The notes under the pieces: generated by a model
What the model was told of the DNA's origin: nothing
The model's input: the letters and a program-made list of their open reading frames with translations, nothing else
The model's database searches: none
Program-made: the position numbers and the translations under genes
From: Okamejei kenojei
Lineage: Eukaryota
DNA: 64,000 bases
Assembly (NCBI GenBank): GCA_035221665.1
Contig: CM069145.1
Location: 7,006,001 to 7,070,000 of the forward strand
Reading direction: 5' to 3'
Part shown: piece by piece, positions 61,856-64,000 of the stretch
How positions within the stretch are numbered: the stretch's first letter is position 1
Layout of the letters: each line of letters opens with the position of its first letter

Positions 61856-64000
61856 CTGAAAACAAATATCAAGTGGAAAGTTAATTCTTGAAGCAAATTT
61901 ACATTTTATATAAATCTTGAACAGAAGAAAACATTATTTACGACAAATAAAAACAAATATCTAAGTCCCTATCATTTTCCATACAGGAATAAACCCAATT
62001 GAAGTGAAGTAAATATATTTTAGTTCCAGTTTTCTAATGCACAAGACATTTGAATATTAGGTACAGTTCAATGAATTTGTGCGGGCTTCAGAATATCACA
62101 TGCCTTAACAATCAAAGATGCACATTTTATAACATATGGTAAAGCTGCAGTAACGACAGATTTTTCACCTCAATTTCTGGTTCCAGAAATTGACTACAAA
62201 AGCATTTTAAGAAAATACCAATTCCATGGCTGTCACCATATTTTTTAAACATCTGCTTTGTTATAGCATCTGTTCAATAAAAATGCTACCTCTAGCCAAA
62301 CTGCAATTAAAGACAGACAGTAGGGTGGAAACTTGCTTAACTTGCAGACAACAGGTGGAATGCTCCCAGCACTGCAATCTTACTTGGCTGGAATGTCTGT
62401 TTTTGCCTTGCAAGATATTTTGATAATTTAATATAAGAGTTACGGTGGTTAAAAATGATGATTGAAAGAAAAATGAAAGCTTGACCAATTGGAAATCCTA
62501 CAATTAAAGGTTACGAAAACACTTTCATTTCACACCATCAAAATCCATGCAAGGTGATAAATACACCTACCTGTCTCTATAAAAACTATGGGACTAATTT
62601 ACAAAAAGGGGGACTATGGATGAAATATACATATTTTGCCCCTTTGAATTAAGGGCATCTTCTATTTCAGCAATGTTTTATTCATTTTAAGCCATATGTC
62701 ACTAGACTCATTTAAAAAGATGACTACTTCTATATTGGATCTTTCCCCTGACATCCACTTCCCAAGGCTGCACAAAAACATGGATTTGATAATGGGCTGA
62801 AAGGAATCACACAAAGGGATACTCTTCCTCAAAATATTTTGTGATGTCATGATGTTACTGATGCACCCAAGTGACCCTTCCAATTGATGCTCAATATTCA
62901 ACATGAGCTCTTGCTTGAAGCTCAATTTGCTTTTGCCTCAAGGTATTTCTTGAAAAAAGACAGATCCATTATTTGTATTCCCGTGAAGATCCGAGGGACA
63001 GCTGGGTGGAAGTTTTTGTGTGTGGAAGGTGCCCGAGAGGGAAAAAAAGACAACATCCCCAGCAAAACAGGTAATCTTCCCTTCTTCTACAAATCAAATT
63101 CTCTACACTGCTGGAGGCTGGCCAAGTGATAATCACAATGAAGAGAAAGGATTTCTTAGTGAAGGGACACTCCAGCTGCCAGAGCAAAATGGCTTCTGCT
63201 GCTGCTGCTAATTTAAACACATTTTGGTGAAAGTACATTAGACTAATCCATATAGTTCTCTTAATTTGTTAAACACAATCATTTATTGCATAGGCATATA
63301 GCAAACAGTTGTAGAATGTATAGAACAGACCACCAGCGTTACTACATAGGTAAAATAAACGTTGTATATTTTTGACACGTCAAGTCATCTACCAGCTTAG
63401 TGCAGGATTTGGTATTTTCAATGAGAAAGGGTAATTCCTTTGCAGTGCCTAAAGAGCTTTACGGTAATTTAAAATTAGAGTGCAAGAATTAGTGATGTAA
63501 ATAAAACCAGGATACTGTCATTGGCATGAAATTCAGATCTGTTGTACATTATCAGCAACTCAAATCAGTTGAGGGTGACCAGAGTCAACTTTTAGATTCT
63601 TCAGTCACAGGTGCTAAGGGGTTCACAATGTGGGATCAGTTTGCTCATGTCAAATTAAGTGCTGGTTTATACCGGTTTGAGTCAATCTGGATTTACTATT
63701 CTAAACCACCATTTTGAACCATATACACAGGTAATACAAAGAAAAATAACCAAAGTTCACAATGTGGTGCTACACTGTTGTAGACTTGCAGCTCCAGAGA
63801 AAATGCAGACAATGTGTGAGGGTCAAAATGAAGAAGGCTGGGAGATCGGGGGCTGCAGTGGGGAAGAAGCAGGTTTCTGAATCTGGTGGTATGCACTTTG
63901 TATCTTCTGCCTGCCCGGGAAAAGGGGGAAGAGGGAATGACTGTGGTAAGTGGTCCTTGATTATGATGTCTGCTTTACCAAGGCATCGTGAAGTATTGAT

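Overview
Eukaryotic (vertebrate) DNA. The repeat content (HE1-like tRNA-derived SINEs with CR1-type tails, CR1 LINEs, Penelope-like elements) points to a cartilaginous fish, probably a skate or ray (inference). There are two host genes, both on the minus strand. The first is the 3' end of EXOC6 (exocyst Sec15A): exons 61782-61855, 24421-24533 and 13549-13681, separated by 37.2-kb and 10.7-kb introns. The second, about 11 kb downstream, is the 5' half of the retinoic-acid hydroxylase CYP26C1: exons 2349-2552, 1060-1284 and <1-194, with intron 2 apparently a non-canonical GC-AG intron. The same gene order occurs in human (EXOC6-CYP26C1-CYP26A1). The rest is non-coding: decayed transposons (a Tc1 IR-DR element, CR1, RTE, SINEs, two Tigger-like elements) and repeat-free blocks that look like enhancers. 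The most striking pattern is a Penelope-derived terminal repeat present about 20 times. It carries a minimal hammerhead-ribozyme motif (CTGAnGA-A-GGGT-CTCG-ACCC-GAAAC-GTC) and usually inserts as a fold-back hairpin. It has also apparently been captured by a Tigger-like DNA transposon that occurs twice. Almost all ORFs in the supplied track are spurious or transposon remnants. Coordinates were read by eye: exon boundaries are exact, repeat boundaries approximate.
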